64,000 nucleotides of DNA from Proteromonas lacertae (Eukaryota): assembly GCA_002245135.1 (NCBI GenBank), contig NGBS01001165.1, forward strand, positions 124,001 through 188,000. The letters run 5' to 3'. The notes under the pieces are model-generated. The model ran no database searches. It was given only the letters and a program-made list of their open reading frames with translations, and was not told the origin of the DNA. Positions 12,710-24,538 of the stretch are shown here, in pieces. The first letter of the stretch is position 1, and every line of letters starts with the position of its first letter. Made by a program: the position numbers and the translations under genes.

Positions 12710-15700
12710 ATGAATGAGGAAATAATAAATGATTTAATGAAATCACTTCGTGTAACTGAAAAAATACATTATCACAAAGTAAGTGATAATATACTTAAAG
12801 AGAGGGGAAAAACCCCAATAGTATTGAATCCAGCAAAAGAAGGTGAGGAAAACATAGTTACTGTGTCTCTCACTAAAGATCGAAAGTTTATTCAAAGAAG
12901 CTGTTACAATGAGATATATGAAGATATAAAGAGATATATGGATAAGCCTCATCCAAAACAAAAGAATTTTTTGGTATATGGTAATAAATTTATAGGTAAA
13001 ACATATTTTTGTGTTTATTTACTGAATAAATTTTTATCAGATGAATATAAAGAATGTAAGGTAGAATATAAATATAAAAATGATACTTGTTTTTTAAAGT
13101 ATCCTAATTCATCAGAATATAAAAGAAAGAAAAGTGACAAAGAAAAACAAGAATGTAATATCAAGTCTATAATAATCAGTGAAAGTCAACCAATAAGTGA
13201 AGATGAATATAGTGATTTTGATGTTGTTATACTTGTTACATCTCCAATATTACCTATTTATAAAGTGATGAGATCCAAAAGAGCTCCAATACAATATTGC
13301 ATTCTTCCATTTGATATATATGAAATAACTGAGTTTATGAATATGAAAATAATTGATGATAAAAGAGATATTTATGAAGGAATTCCAGGGTTTTATGTTA
13401 ATAATTTAAATGAAGAATGGGGAAAAAATGATGGCAAAATTGAATATTATATGAAAAAAGAATATGATGAATTTGTTTTTATATATGATGTAGAAAAAGT
13501 TACTGATATACCTAAAGTAGTAAGATTTATATCTGATGATATTAGAAATGAAATAGAAGAAAAATTTTGTGTTGATATACACAATTATAATACATATTTT
13601 AAACTTATAAAAGAAATAATGGAAAAAGATATTGTTGTGAAACAATTAGAAGCTGATAAAGATAGGTATAAAGAATTTTGTGCCTTAAGAAATGAAAAAC
13701 TGGGAAGTGAATGCGGTTGGTTTTATGAGCATCTGGTTATGTGTTTAAAGATGTTAAATGAAGAAATTGGTAAAAATATTATAAACACAGAATGTGAATT
13801 ACTTCAATTAAATCAAAATAGAATGAAATTACCATTATTCATAGATTGTTCATTTATAAAAGATTTTCCAGCTGTTGATGGAATTGAGATTAATGATGAA
13901 TGTATAAATGGTTATCAAGTAACTGTAAGTGATGGTCATGAAACAGTGACAACAATTTCAGTATTGTTTAAAGTAATATTCCAAGAAACACTTGAAAGAA
14001 GAAAAGAAAAAATGAAAGAAATATGTAATGAATATATTATTAATCTGAAGAATATTGAAGGTTATATTATAAATAAAAATAATGTTGTAGAAGAAGATGA
14101 TAATAATAATTATAAAGAGAAATTAGATGCAGAAATATCAAAATGTGAAGAATATAATGAAAAATTATTAGATCAAATATCAACTAATTTTTATTATTGT
14201 GGAGTATATATATATATATATTATAATTAATATAGTATACACCTGAATCAATAATGAAAGTAAGTGATTTTGAACTTGAGAAGAATGATTATATTATAAA
14301 AGAAAAAAGAATGAGATTTACAAAAGACACATTTGATGAAATTGAAAGATATATAAAAATTGAGAATATAAATGAGAGCAATATTGATGAAGTTATTAAT
14401 AATATATATCCATTATCAACTGAAAGTAAAAATATTGCTAAAAGAATTAAGTTAGATAATAATGCAAGTTTAAGATATGAAACAAGATGGAGACTAATGA
14501 AGTTGATAAGAGATGCTGAAGATCATGCTTATGATCGATTAATTGAGATAAAAATTAGAAAGGAAACAGATGCAGATAAGCAGAAAGAAAAGATACAAAA
14601 AGAAATAAAAAGAATAGAAGAAAAAGATATAGTAATAAAAACAATAAAAAAAGAAATAAAGAATGAAATGAAAGTAGAAAATGATGATATAATACAAGTA
14701 ATAAAGGATAATAAAACAGCTATAAATTATAACCAAATGTTTAATATGTTAATTAAAAGAATTGATGATTATTGTAAGGATTATAATAATCCCAGATTTG
14801 CAATAACAATGATAAATCCTAAACATAATATTGAAAAGGATCCTTCAAGTAGTTGTAGTCTTAGTTCATATGGAACAGAATTGAACAAGAAATTGACTAA
14901 GTATATGAGAAAAATATATCCTGGATATGATGACATGAGTGCTGACAAAAAAAAAGAAAAAATTAGAGAAATGTTCAATAGAGTAGAGATAAGAAGTGAG
15001 ATAATCAATTACGAACAAATAGAAAAAACCAAAATTAACAATCCACATTTAAATGAAAATAAAACATTTTATGGAAATGACAAAAGAAAAAAATTAGGTA
15101 TTGAAGAGAATAGTATAAACATTACTAATGCTTTGATATCCCAATTAAAAGCAAATAAAACATTGAAGAGTTTTTTAGATTGTAATTTTATAACCTTGGA
15201 TATATCAAATATGTTATGTGATACATTCGAAGAAGGAATAGAGAAACTTAATAAAATATTAAATAATTATGATTGTCCAACATATTCAGTTGAAGTTGCA
15301 GAACCCAAATTAAGAATTAGATTAATAAAAGAAGAAAATGGAGAAATAAAGTTAGAAATAATAGAAAGAGATAGTGATGATAATTTTTATGAATATGATA
15401 GATTAGAGAATGAAATTAAAAGAATAGGAAATGGTGTAGAATATGAAATAAAAGAAAAATTAAAATGTAGTTATTGTAATGAAATAGAAACTATAACTAG
15501 AAGATGTAAATATGTGTTTGGATATATAAAGAATGTGAATGAAGTAAGTAAAGTTGTTATTCCAAATAGAAATGTAACTTTCTATTGTGAGAAATGTAAA
15601 TCAATAACATATTGTATAGCAGAATATACATGTGTTAATAATATATATGGAATTGTAGTAACTCCCTTTAATGATAAATATGATATTTATGATACAAGTC

Positions 15701-15777
15701 ATACAAATATTTCACAACCAATAGCAACTTTAGATAGAAATAGACATGCAATTCCAGTTACTCCTGTCAATATCTGA
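12710..15777 (+). CDS. Crinkler/RHS-like module A, copy 2: NTPase + REase + coiled coil + CxxC..CxxC zinc ribbon
   Basis: FLVYGNKFIGKT, ILVTSP, YKVMRSKRAPIQY (copy 1: YKVMSYKRAPVQF), GWFYE...DFPAVDG...YQVTVSDGH. Intron 14204-14235 joins ORFs 12710 and 14254 in frame. CSYC and CEKC near the C-terminus. Confidence 0.8.
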
Positions 15778-15785
15778 TATTCGGA

Positions 15786-17683
15786 TGAATCTACCTCCAA
15801 ATAATCCACCAATTGATACAGAAAGAACCGGTGAGAGTAGAAATGAAAATAATCCACCAATTAATACAAATAATACTCCTTCATCTACATTAACTACTAG
15901 ATCATGTATTATATTCATATATTTATAATTCAATAGCTTTTGATTATATGAGATTAATATTTAATAAAGATGAAACAGTTCCTAAGTTTGTTCAAAATGA
16001 AACCTTCATAGAATTAGATAATAGTGTGGATATATTTCAATTTCCAATGAAATGTGTATTAGTGAGAGATTTCTATAAACTCTACTGGGAAAGAATAAAA
16101 AGCAATATATTATACAATTTGTTATGTCAAAATCTAGAAAATTATAAAATAGAAAACTTAAAATCGATATTTAATTATTTGAAAGTCATTTATGAAGAAT
16201 CAGATTTGAGTAACAAAGAAAAAATAATACATATTGTAAAGGAAGAAAAAGAAAAATTAAGAAGGATTATTAACAATTATGAAGAAGAAAAGATAAAAAG
16301 TAAAATGAATGTAATAACAAAACAGAAAAGTTATTTTCTTTTGAGAGGTCAGCCAGGATGTGGAAAATCCTCCTTTATAATTTATTTTATAACCAAATTC
16401 ATTGAACTGAAAAATAAACTCAAAATTGGTAATTTAAGTTTTACATATATTAAAAGTTCTAAGAAAGAAGATAAATCAAATCCTGACAAAGATAAATATC
16501 ATTTAAAGGATAATCACTTAGAACCATTAAGTATAGGTTGTGATATAGTTATTTGTGATTCAAATAATATTTCCGCTGATGAGTTTAATGACTATGGAAT
16601 AGTTATAAATGTCAGTTCTCCAGATAGTGATAATTATTCATTTATAAACAGATTTAAAGGTAAAAAGATCTATTTCTATTTAGATATTTGTAGTGATGAT
16701 GAAATAGTGAAATGGAAAGATAATTGTTTACCACCCGAATTAGGCAAAGTAATTGATAAGTTTCTCCCATTTTATAACAATGTTCCAAGACATTTATATT
16801 TTGCAGCAATATATGATGTTTATTATGATGGAAGAAGTTATTGGAATGATATATATACCAACTGTATAAACACAATAGTTGCAGATATGGGTTATTATGA
16901 GTTTATAAAGAAGTATCTCTGTCCATGCCAAAATGAAAATAATAATTTAGAAAATGACAATGAATTATATAAAAATGATGTTATACAATATGATAGATTT
17001 GATACAGATTTATCACATTATATATTAAAATATAAAGTCAAAAGTTATGATTCAATTGATAAATATCAATTAGAATTTGTTTCAAAAGAAATATTTAGAT
17101 ATGTTTACAATTGTGTAAGTCATAAATTAAGTAGAAAAGAAATTCAATTATTACATGAATATTATTATACAGAAATAATAAACAATCAAAATCATCCTTT
17201 ATATAGAATATTATTCAATGAATTAGTATGGTATAGTATAAATCATCATAAAAATTGGAAAGATTATGGAAGTGAAGTGTTTGATAATAGTTTAAGAACT
17301 ATATTTAATGACTTTAATAGATAATTGTTGTAAATCAGAAGCATTAGAAGAAGGTTATTATGTTGGTGATTTTTTGCATTACTAATGTTGATGATGTTTT
17401 TTATTCAATTAATAATGTAATAATACATCCATCAAATAACAACAAGAGAGATGAAATAATAGATAAAAATATTTATGATAGATTGATAGAATATCATGAT
17501 GCAATTGTAAAACCTATATATTACATTATAGCAACAAATGATGATATAGAAAAGGTCTATTCTGAAGAAGCATTGAAAAGATTTGTTGATTTTCAGAAAT
17601 TACATTCAAATAATAATGGAATAATTATATGCAATGTTTCATTAAAAATTGATTCAATTAATATTAAGCGACTATGTAATTGA
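15786..17683 (+). CDS. Crinkler/RHS-like module B, copy 2: P-loop NTPase + degenerate C-terminal domain
   Basis: ATG 15786, intron 15906-15936, then LRGQPGCGKSSF, IVICD, VSSPD, NNVPRH, FVSKEI, LFNELV. The C-terminus continues only through frame changes at ~17315 and ~17372. Start uncertain. Confidence 0.7.
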
Positions 17684-17825
17684 AGAAGAATAATTAAGTT
17701 GTTTGTGATAATTACTTTTATTATTATTATTATATACTTTATTACTAATATTTTGTGTGGAAATCTTACAAAATCTAATAACAAGAATAGAAACGCTTTA
17801 TCTTAAAAAATCATGTTTTATACAA

Positions 17826-18053
17826 TAAATATAGTGATAATTTATCATTTTTATAGATTTTAATGACAGATTCTGGTAATGTAGCTAATTTGGAAAGTCA
17901 AGAATATATAGTTGTAAATGTTTCAGGTGATATAGTGAAACTAAGCGAAAGTAAAGATTTGATGAAATATTTTCAAATAGATGATGAAAATGATAATAGA
18001 TGTGTTGAACTGTGATAAATAGATTTGATTATAACAAATAATTTGGCTAATAT
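17826..18053 (+). repeat. Direct repeat copy 2 (228 bp): orphan copy of C2CD5 3' end
   Basis: Near-identical to 12254-12480. It lacks the G of the splice donor and has an extra G (gaactgtga versus gaacttgat). Confidence 0.97.
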
Positions 18054-18184
18054 TAGGATTTTTTACATTTTGTTGCTGAATATATATCTTATTTATTGCG
18101 AATTTTGTTATTATGATTTTGATTACATTTTTATATATATGAAAGAATAATTTCAAAAATATATTCGTTATTAATTAATAATAC

Positions 18185-19304
18185 ATGGTAATACAATAGT
18201 ATTATTGTATTAATTATTTTTTTATTTTTATAAACGAGATAAAGTTCTCTTCTGAAAGTAAAAGCAATTTCATAGAACTGACAGCTGGAATTGTATATAT
18301 TCATTGTAATATTATAGGCTTCTGGCGTTGCTTGTAGATTGTTCGAATACCCTTTTGATACAATAAAGGTATTACAACAATTATACCCAGTATGAATATT
18401 AAAAATATAATTGTATAGAGACGTTACAAAAGTTTCATAAAGTGTTCTGTAGATGTTTGGGAACGTTTTGGAATTGTTGGTTTATATTGTGTATGATATA
18501 CTATAATTATTATTTTAGGGTTTGTCTGGTTCTTGTGTTGCTTCTGCATTGGAAATGGCAGTAACTTTTGTTAGTTATGGCATTTCCAATAGAATCCAAG
18601 GAATAAAAAGTATGAAATAACAAATTATAACATTTTAATTAGAGGATACAGATTTGACAGTCAAAGCAACAATAATATCAAGTATATTCACCAGTTTTAC
18701 AGTGGCAATGGTGTTAACTCCAACCGAATTATTGAAGTGTAGGATGCAAGTATAATAATCGTCATCAATTATCATATAGATGCAACAATCTGTTGATGCT
18801 TTAGGAATACCTCGACATAGTAGTACATTTAAGCTATTATTAGAAGTATTAAAGAAAGAAGGTATAAAAGGATTGTATCGAGGAAATGTTGGTATAATAT
18901 TAAGAGATATACCTGGGAATATTGTGTGGTTTGGTGCTTATGAATGGGTAGCTAGATTATTCTTGAAAAAAGGACAGACCAAGAAAGATTTATCATTGTA
19001 CCAAGTGTTTCTTGCAGGAGCAGCAGCGTATTGTTATAATTATTATAATGTAATAATAAATAGAGGTTTTGCATATGCAACTGTTCCTTATTCTATTGAT
19101 TCAGTGAAAGCGCATATTCAAACAAATCCAAAGTTTAAAAATAAGTCTTTTTTGGAAGTTTTTAGATATTTATATAAAAGAGATGGTATTATTGGTTTGT
19201 ATAGAGGATGGTCGATTACTATACTCAGATCAATGCCTGTAAATGGAATATTGTTTTTGGCATATGAAGAAACAGCACAATTATTGAACAAGCTTCTTTT
19301 TTAA
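18185..19304 (+). CDS. Mitochondrial carrier (SLC25), ornithine/carnitine-type
   Basis: Spliced YPFDTIKV, TPTELLKCRMQ, GIKGLYRG, GLYRGWSITILR; three-repeat carrier layout. Start inferred (ATG followed by an intron). Confidence 0.9.
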
Positions 19305-19469
19305 TTTACATTTTTTTCACCTTAATATATAGATAATATTTACTTATTTTAGTTGTAATAAATTATATTTGTGGGTAATATAAATGATGCATTATATGAT
19401 AATTAATAAAATCAAATAAAATGATGTTTTTAACCATTATAAATAAAGTAAGAACAATGTTATAAAATA

Positions 19470-21422
19470 ATGAATATTTCAATTTGTTGTGATGATTTAT
19501 TAAAGCATGAAGATTTAAAGGACATTGAAATTTATGTATACGATATATTATAAGTGTATAGTATCTGGTAAACAAGGTTATGAAGCAAGCGGACATAGAA
19601 GATGATGATAAACTGCTATTAGGAATACAGAAAGATTATGATATGGTTTGTCTATATGGTATTGTATTATACATAATAATGATAGAAGCTAAATACAAAT
19701 ATTATGTGTATTTGCTCTATCAGAGTATCTACACAGACTTTGATAATATCGGGTTGGAAAAAGGAGTAAAAGTATAACTCTGCTCTATTAATGAAATTAG
19801 GTTGGAATTTACTTAAGTGGATTTGGTATATCAATAAGAGAAGTGTATATTTTGTATTTTAATAATATCTAAGTAAAAAATGTTCAATTACTATACCAGT
19901 ACTTACTATAACTTCAAGTGAAGTATCAATCAAATACGAAATTTTATATAATCTACCAAATTTCCATAGTATACTATCAATACATATTTAATAAATAGAT
20001 CCAATGGTAATAATAAACAATAAAGAAATACAAAATCCATCTAGAAATAGAATACCATCACCAAATTTTAATTTAACTCAACCAATGAAAAAGATTAACG
20101 AAATTCAAGAAAATGAAACAATATATGGGTTTATAGGAATAATTACAAGTATATCTTATATTAGAGAATCACTACGTATGAATATATACAAAATATAGTA
20201 TTAATTTAATTTATAGAAGACAATTATTTAACAATCTCAGTAATAGATCCATCAGTAAATGTCTCACAAATTATAAATATTTTCTTTTCAAAGTCTTCTA
20301 TTCCTCCGCAAATATTCTACGTAGGAGATATAATTTTTTGTACTAGTATGTCATCTAAATTATATAATAATAAAGTGGCATTTACAGTGAGAGGAAGATG
20401 TAGTTATACAATAATTCATCCAGATTATACAATTACTAATAGTGGACAATCTATATATTATATGAATAAAACAATATGGGAAAATATTTCTAAACTCTTT
20501 GATTATTCAAATATATTCTTTTCATCTCCGCTTTATTTAGATATAGGACTAAATATACATATTGAAAATATAACTGAACAACAACAACAACAACAACAAT
20601 CAGTTGATTTAATAGTGAAACTATTAGATATAAAAATAATATCAAAGTTTGATGGAAGTAAAAAGTATTATTTCATTATCTGGGATGGATCAGGAAATGG
20701 TACAACTCAAATATTATCAAATCGTGTTGAATATGCTGATGATATAAAAATGGGAAGAATAGAATCAATTTTAATAAGTAATGAATCAATATTAGAATGT
20801 AATCGTTTTATAAATAAAAATGATTGGATTAAACTGAGAAATATATATATTATTAATAATAAATCTAATACTGTACAGTTAGAATATAGGAAATCAAGTA
20901 GTTTATTAATATTTCACAAATCAAATCCAATTGTTGAGAGAAAGAATAAAGAAATTGAAAAATTATCACTATATTATTGTAGTGAAAACGATAGAATTAA
21001 ATATTTACCTTATTCGATTGTTAAAGATGATTTTAAATATGAATATAGTAGAACATTTTCTTTAAATCAAATGATAGAAAGGAATATCAGTTTTACATGC
21101 AAATTGATATGCAGAGTTGTTTCTTCTTCAACAGAATTAAATGAATTATACTTTTAAAAATCCAATAGGACAAGATTTGTGTTTTGTTGTAACAGATGGA
21201 ATAGAGGATATGAATATATGTTTGAAAGGTGTGAATTTTTATTACTTTTTCAATATACCTTATAATATAAAACAGTGGAACAGTAAATTAGTAACAAAAC
21301 TTAAATCTGATGTATCCTTCCTACATAATCCAATGGTAAATCTTGAAATTCTATGTGAATATAATGGAAATAAAGACAAATTGGTAGAATGCATAAATAC
21401 TCACTTAATTATAGTTAATTGA
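19470..21422 (+). CDS. POT1: POT1/TEBP-alpha-like telomere ssDNA-binding OB-fold protein
   Basis: OB1-like GFIGII..ISVIDPS..PQIFYVGDII and OB2-like VDLIVKLL..FIIWDGSG. Multi-exon 5' part uncertain. Apparent extra T at ~21152-21155 before the last segment. Confidence 0.65.
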
Positions 21423-21969
21423 ATAAACAACTTTTTAGGTTTATATAACTTTTACTGAGATAATTTTGTCGATTTTGTGAGTGTTTCAACACAAACTCAA
21501 GATGGTTAGTTATTCATTCATTCTAAATTTTGAAAAATTAGATTTTGCCCATAAATATTTTCATATCAAAATATTGATATAAAAATCATAAAAAAATTAG
21601 TCGTTTTTATCTGTTCTTATCAAGGAGTTTTATCTATTAATGAACGAAAGTGATCGATAGATATTGCTGGCAAATGATAATTATCCGAAACACAAAACCC
21701 ATATTCCCCTATTTTTGGGAGTATGAATTTCTGGAACAAATATAAAACATAAGTGATATAGAAATGAAGATAGAATGATTAATAATTGAGATGAATGCGA
21801 ATAGACATTATAATCTCAAATTTTTAATAGATTGTGAGTAATTAATTCAAAATCAGCTAAGTGTATAGAAAATTATATCCACTGCAATGTAAATCAAAGA
21901 TATTTAGTTCTATTTACAAATATTAAAAGAGATGCAATTATTATAAAAAAATCTATATGAAATTTACCC

Positions 21970-24200
21970 TCAAAATCCTTTTGCTGCCTCTTCCATTACG
22001 TAATCAATTTCTTCTTGTAACATTGGAGGAATTCCTTTAATTTTTACATCTAAAAATCCACGAATAATGATTGAAACAGCATCTTCTTCTTTTATACCAC
22101 GAGACATTAAATAGTCAACTTTTTCTTGAGCAATCTTTCCTACTGCTGCTTCATGACTTAATTCACAGTCATATCCTCCTTCAATCTCTGGAATACTTCG
22201 AATTATTCCTTTCTTCAATACCATTCCCTGGCACTCAATATGTGCTGTAGTTTTAACACTTTCACTTACCATTCTACCTTTAGCAATAATTGTTCCTCCT
22301 TTTGTTAAAGCACGAGTTACAGATTCACTACTAGTTCCTGGAGCTTGTAAAAAGGCTGTACTACCAATATCTAATACACCTCCTTCATGAGAAACTAAAA
22401 TGGAACTAAATCGAGCAATAGCATTTTCACCAACCAAAAATGCAGTAGGATTCATTTGAACTTTGTTTACTGGATCTAAACACACATAACTTGAAATAAA
22501 TGTTCCATTCTTTTCTACTCTACTGGCACTTCTTGGATAAATTGTGTAATTTAAACAATAATTATGAATCATTGAAAATGATAATTGAGCATCTTCTTCT
22601 ACATAGAATTCACTTATTCCATAATGTTGACCATTAAATCCATCTGGTAAAACATCTTCATCTCTTTTATTACAATATCCACAAAAACTAGAAACAGATA
22701 AACAACTTCCCTTTTCAGCTATAAGTATATTATGAACATATTGAATTGATATTTGTTCCATTAATAATTGAGCTTTAACTGGTTTTAGATTCTTAGCACC
22801 TTCGTGAGCAATTATAACATAACCATTATATATAGTCTTTTCATGTTCATATACTGCTTTTGTATAATCATCTTTATCAAATGAAATGTTTCTCCACAAA
22901 TACTTCTCTTTAAAATCTGGATATTTCTTTATTGCTTCAGCTAACTTCAATATTTCAATTCCTTCTTCATTACTATCTATAGTTGACACTAAATCATTAT
23001 TTATTTGTTTATATTCACCATTGAATAAACTTGGATCTTCTAATGAAACTTTTACTTTTTCTATTTCTTTTGTTTTTATTTCAGGAAGAGATTCTAATGA
23101 GTTTATATCACTAATTGAAGGAGGACGATCTAAATCATCTTCTAATAAATTTATAGTTACTTTCTTGCTTTTATTATCAGTTATTGTAGTTTTATTTTCT
23201 ATTTTATTCTTTGATAAACTACATTGACATACATGATCTTTACTATTACCTCCATTCTGTTTACATAAACACATTTTTCCTGGATATTTCCCACATCGAC
23301 ACATTTTATCAAGATTATTACCATAGCTACAATCTTTACATACATTCGATATTTTATCTACATGATTTCCTACATCAATCAATTTCGAATCTTTATCATA
23401 TATACCTCCTAGCCTTTTTAAACATTCTTCATAGCCACTTTCTTGAATTACTTTTAAACATTCACTAGCATCACCACATTCATTTATTCTGCCATTTAGC
23501 ATTATATGACTTATTGAAGCTTTTAAATACGATAGAATATGACCTGTATGAGTTATAACTAAAGCACTTCGACTCTTTTCACTTCGATGTATGATATTTC
23601 GAATAGAATCACCAACTAACTTCATATTCTCTAAATCTACTCCACTTTCTGGCTCATCTAACATTATAAACTCAGGATCTTGTAGATTCAATTGTAGTAT
23701 TTCACATCTTTTCATTTCACCTCCACTAAAACCAACATTCACATCTCTTTCTAAAAACTCTTTCATATTACTCTGTTCAGAAGCATTGTTAATGTCGATG
23801 TCATCTTTGTTTTTACCAAATGCAGTCTTAACTAGAGTTTTCAACTTTAAACCTTGAATAGATGGTGCTTTTTGAAACATTATTCCCATTCCCAAGTTTG
23901 CACGATCACTGATACTCATTTCGGTTATATCTTCACCCATAAAATATATTTTGCCTTTTGTGATTTTATAACCGCTTAAACCCATCAATACATTCAACAA
24001 AGTGCTTTTGCCACTTCCATTCTGACCTAATAATATATGTACTTCTCCCTTGTTAATTCTTAGATTGATATCATGCAATATTTCCTATAAACATTACAAC
24101 ATTTACTCATACCTTGTTATCACACTCTACACACAAATTTTGAATGTCTAATACACAGAAATTCGATGCTACAATATATAAAAACTGTTAGAATACTCAT
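21970..24200 (-). CDS. sufCB: Fused SufC-SufB Fe-S cluster assembly protein
   Basis: ABC ATPase motifs GQNGSGKST, GFSGGEMKR and LDEPESGVD, fused to SufB-type C-terminus (AHIECQG, LSHEAAVGKI, YLMSRG). Two short 5' introns give MTSNFCVLDIQNLCVECDNKEILHDINL. Confidence 0.95.
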
Positions 24201-24538
24201 ATGTTGATTAAATAAAGAGGCACGTGTTAAATTTAACAATAACAAAATCGAGTCATATATCGATAATCGATTGATCGATTGAAATTTATTTTTCTACTTT
24301 TTATGATGAAAATGTGTAGTTAGAGTTAAATATTATGTTTTATGAATTATATCAGCATATTTAAAGAGATTCGACTAATTTTTTGAAATAGTATTTTGTT
24401 AACTATAAAATAATAGAATTTTTACTTGTAAAAATGTTTGAACAAATTTTATATGGTTATTGCTTTTCACTTGTTGAGAAATTTAAACATTTCATTTTAC
24501 TTTCAAACTGATAATCAAGCTTTTTCACATTTTTTTGA

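Larger units (their letters stand above)
12481..17825 (+). mobile_element. Candidate inserted NTPase-REase cassette (5345 bp) between long direct repeats
   Basis: Bounded exactly by the 227/228-bp direct repeats. Contains only modules A and B. No TIR, poly(A) tail, reverse transcriptase or DDE transposase recognised. Confidence 0.55.

Noticed and set aside
12481..17825. Reading the flanking repeats as LTRs
   Set aside because: The repeat is C2CD5 exon/intron sequence, lacks TG..CA ends, and there is no gag, RT or integrase inside.
21608..21622. TATCTGTTCTTATCA resembles a conserved U2 snRNA segment
   Set aside because: The branch-pairing GTAGTA and the U2 5' stem are absent; probably chance.
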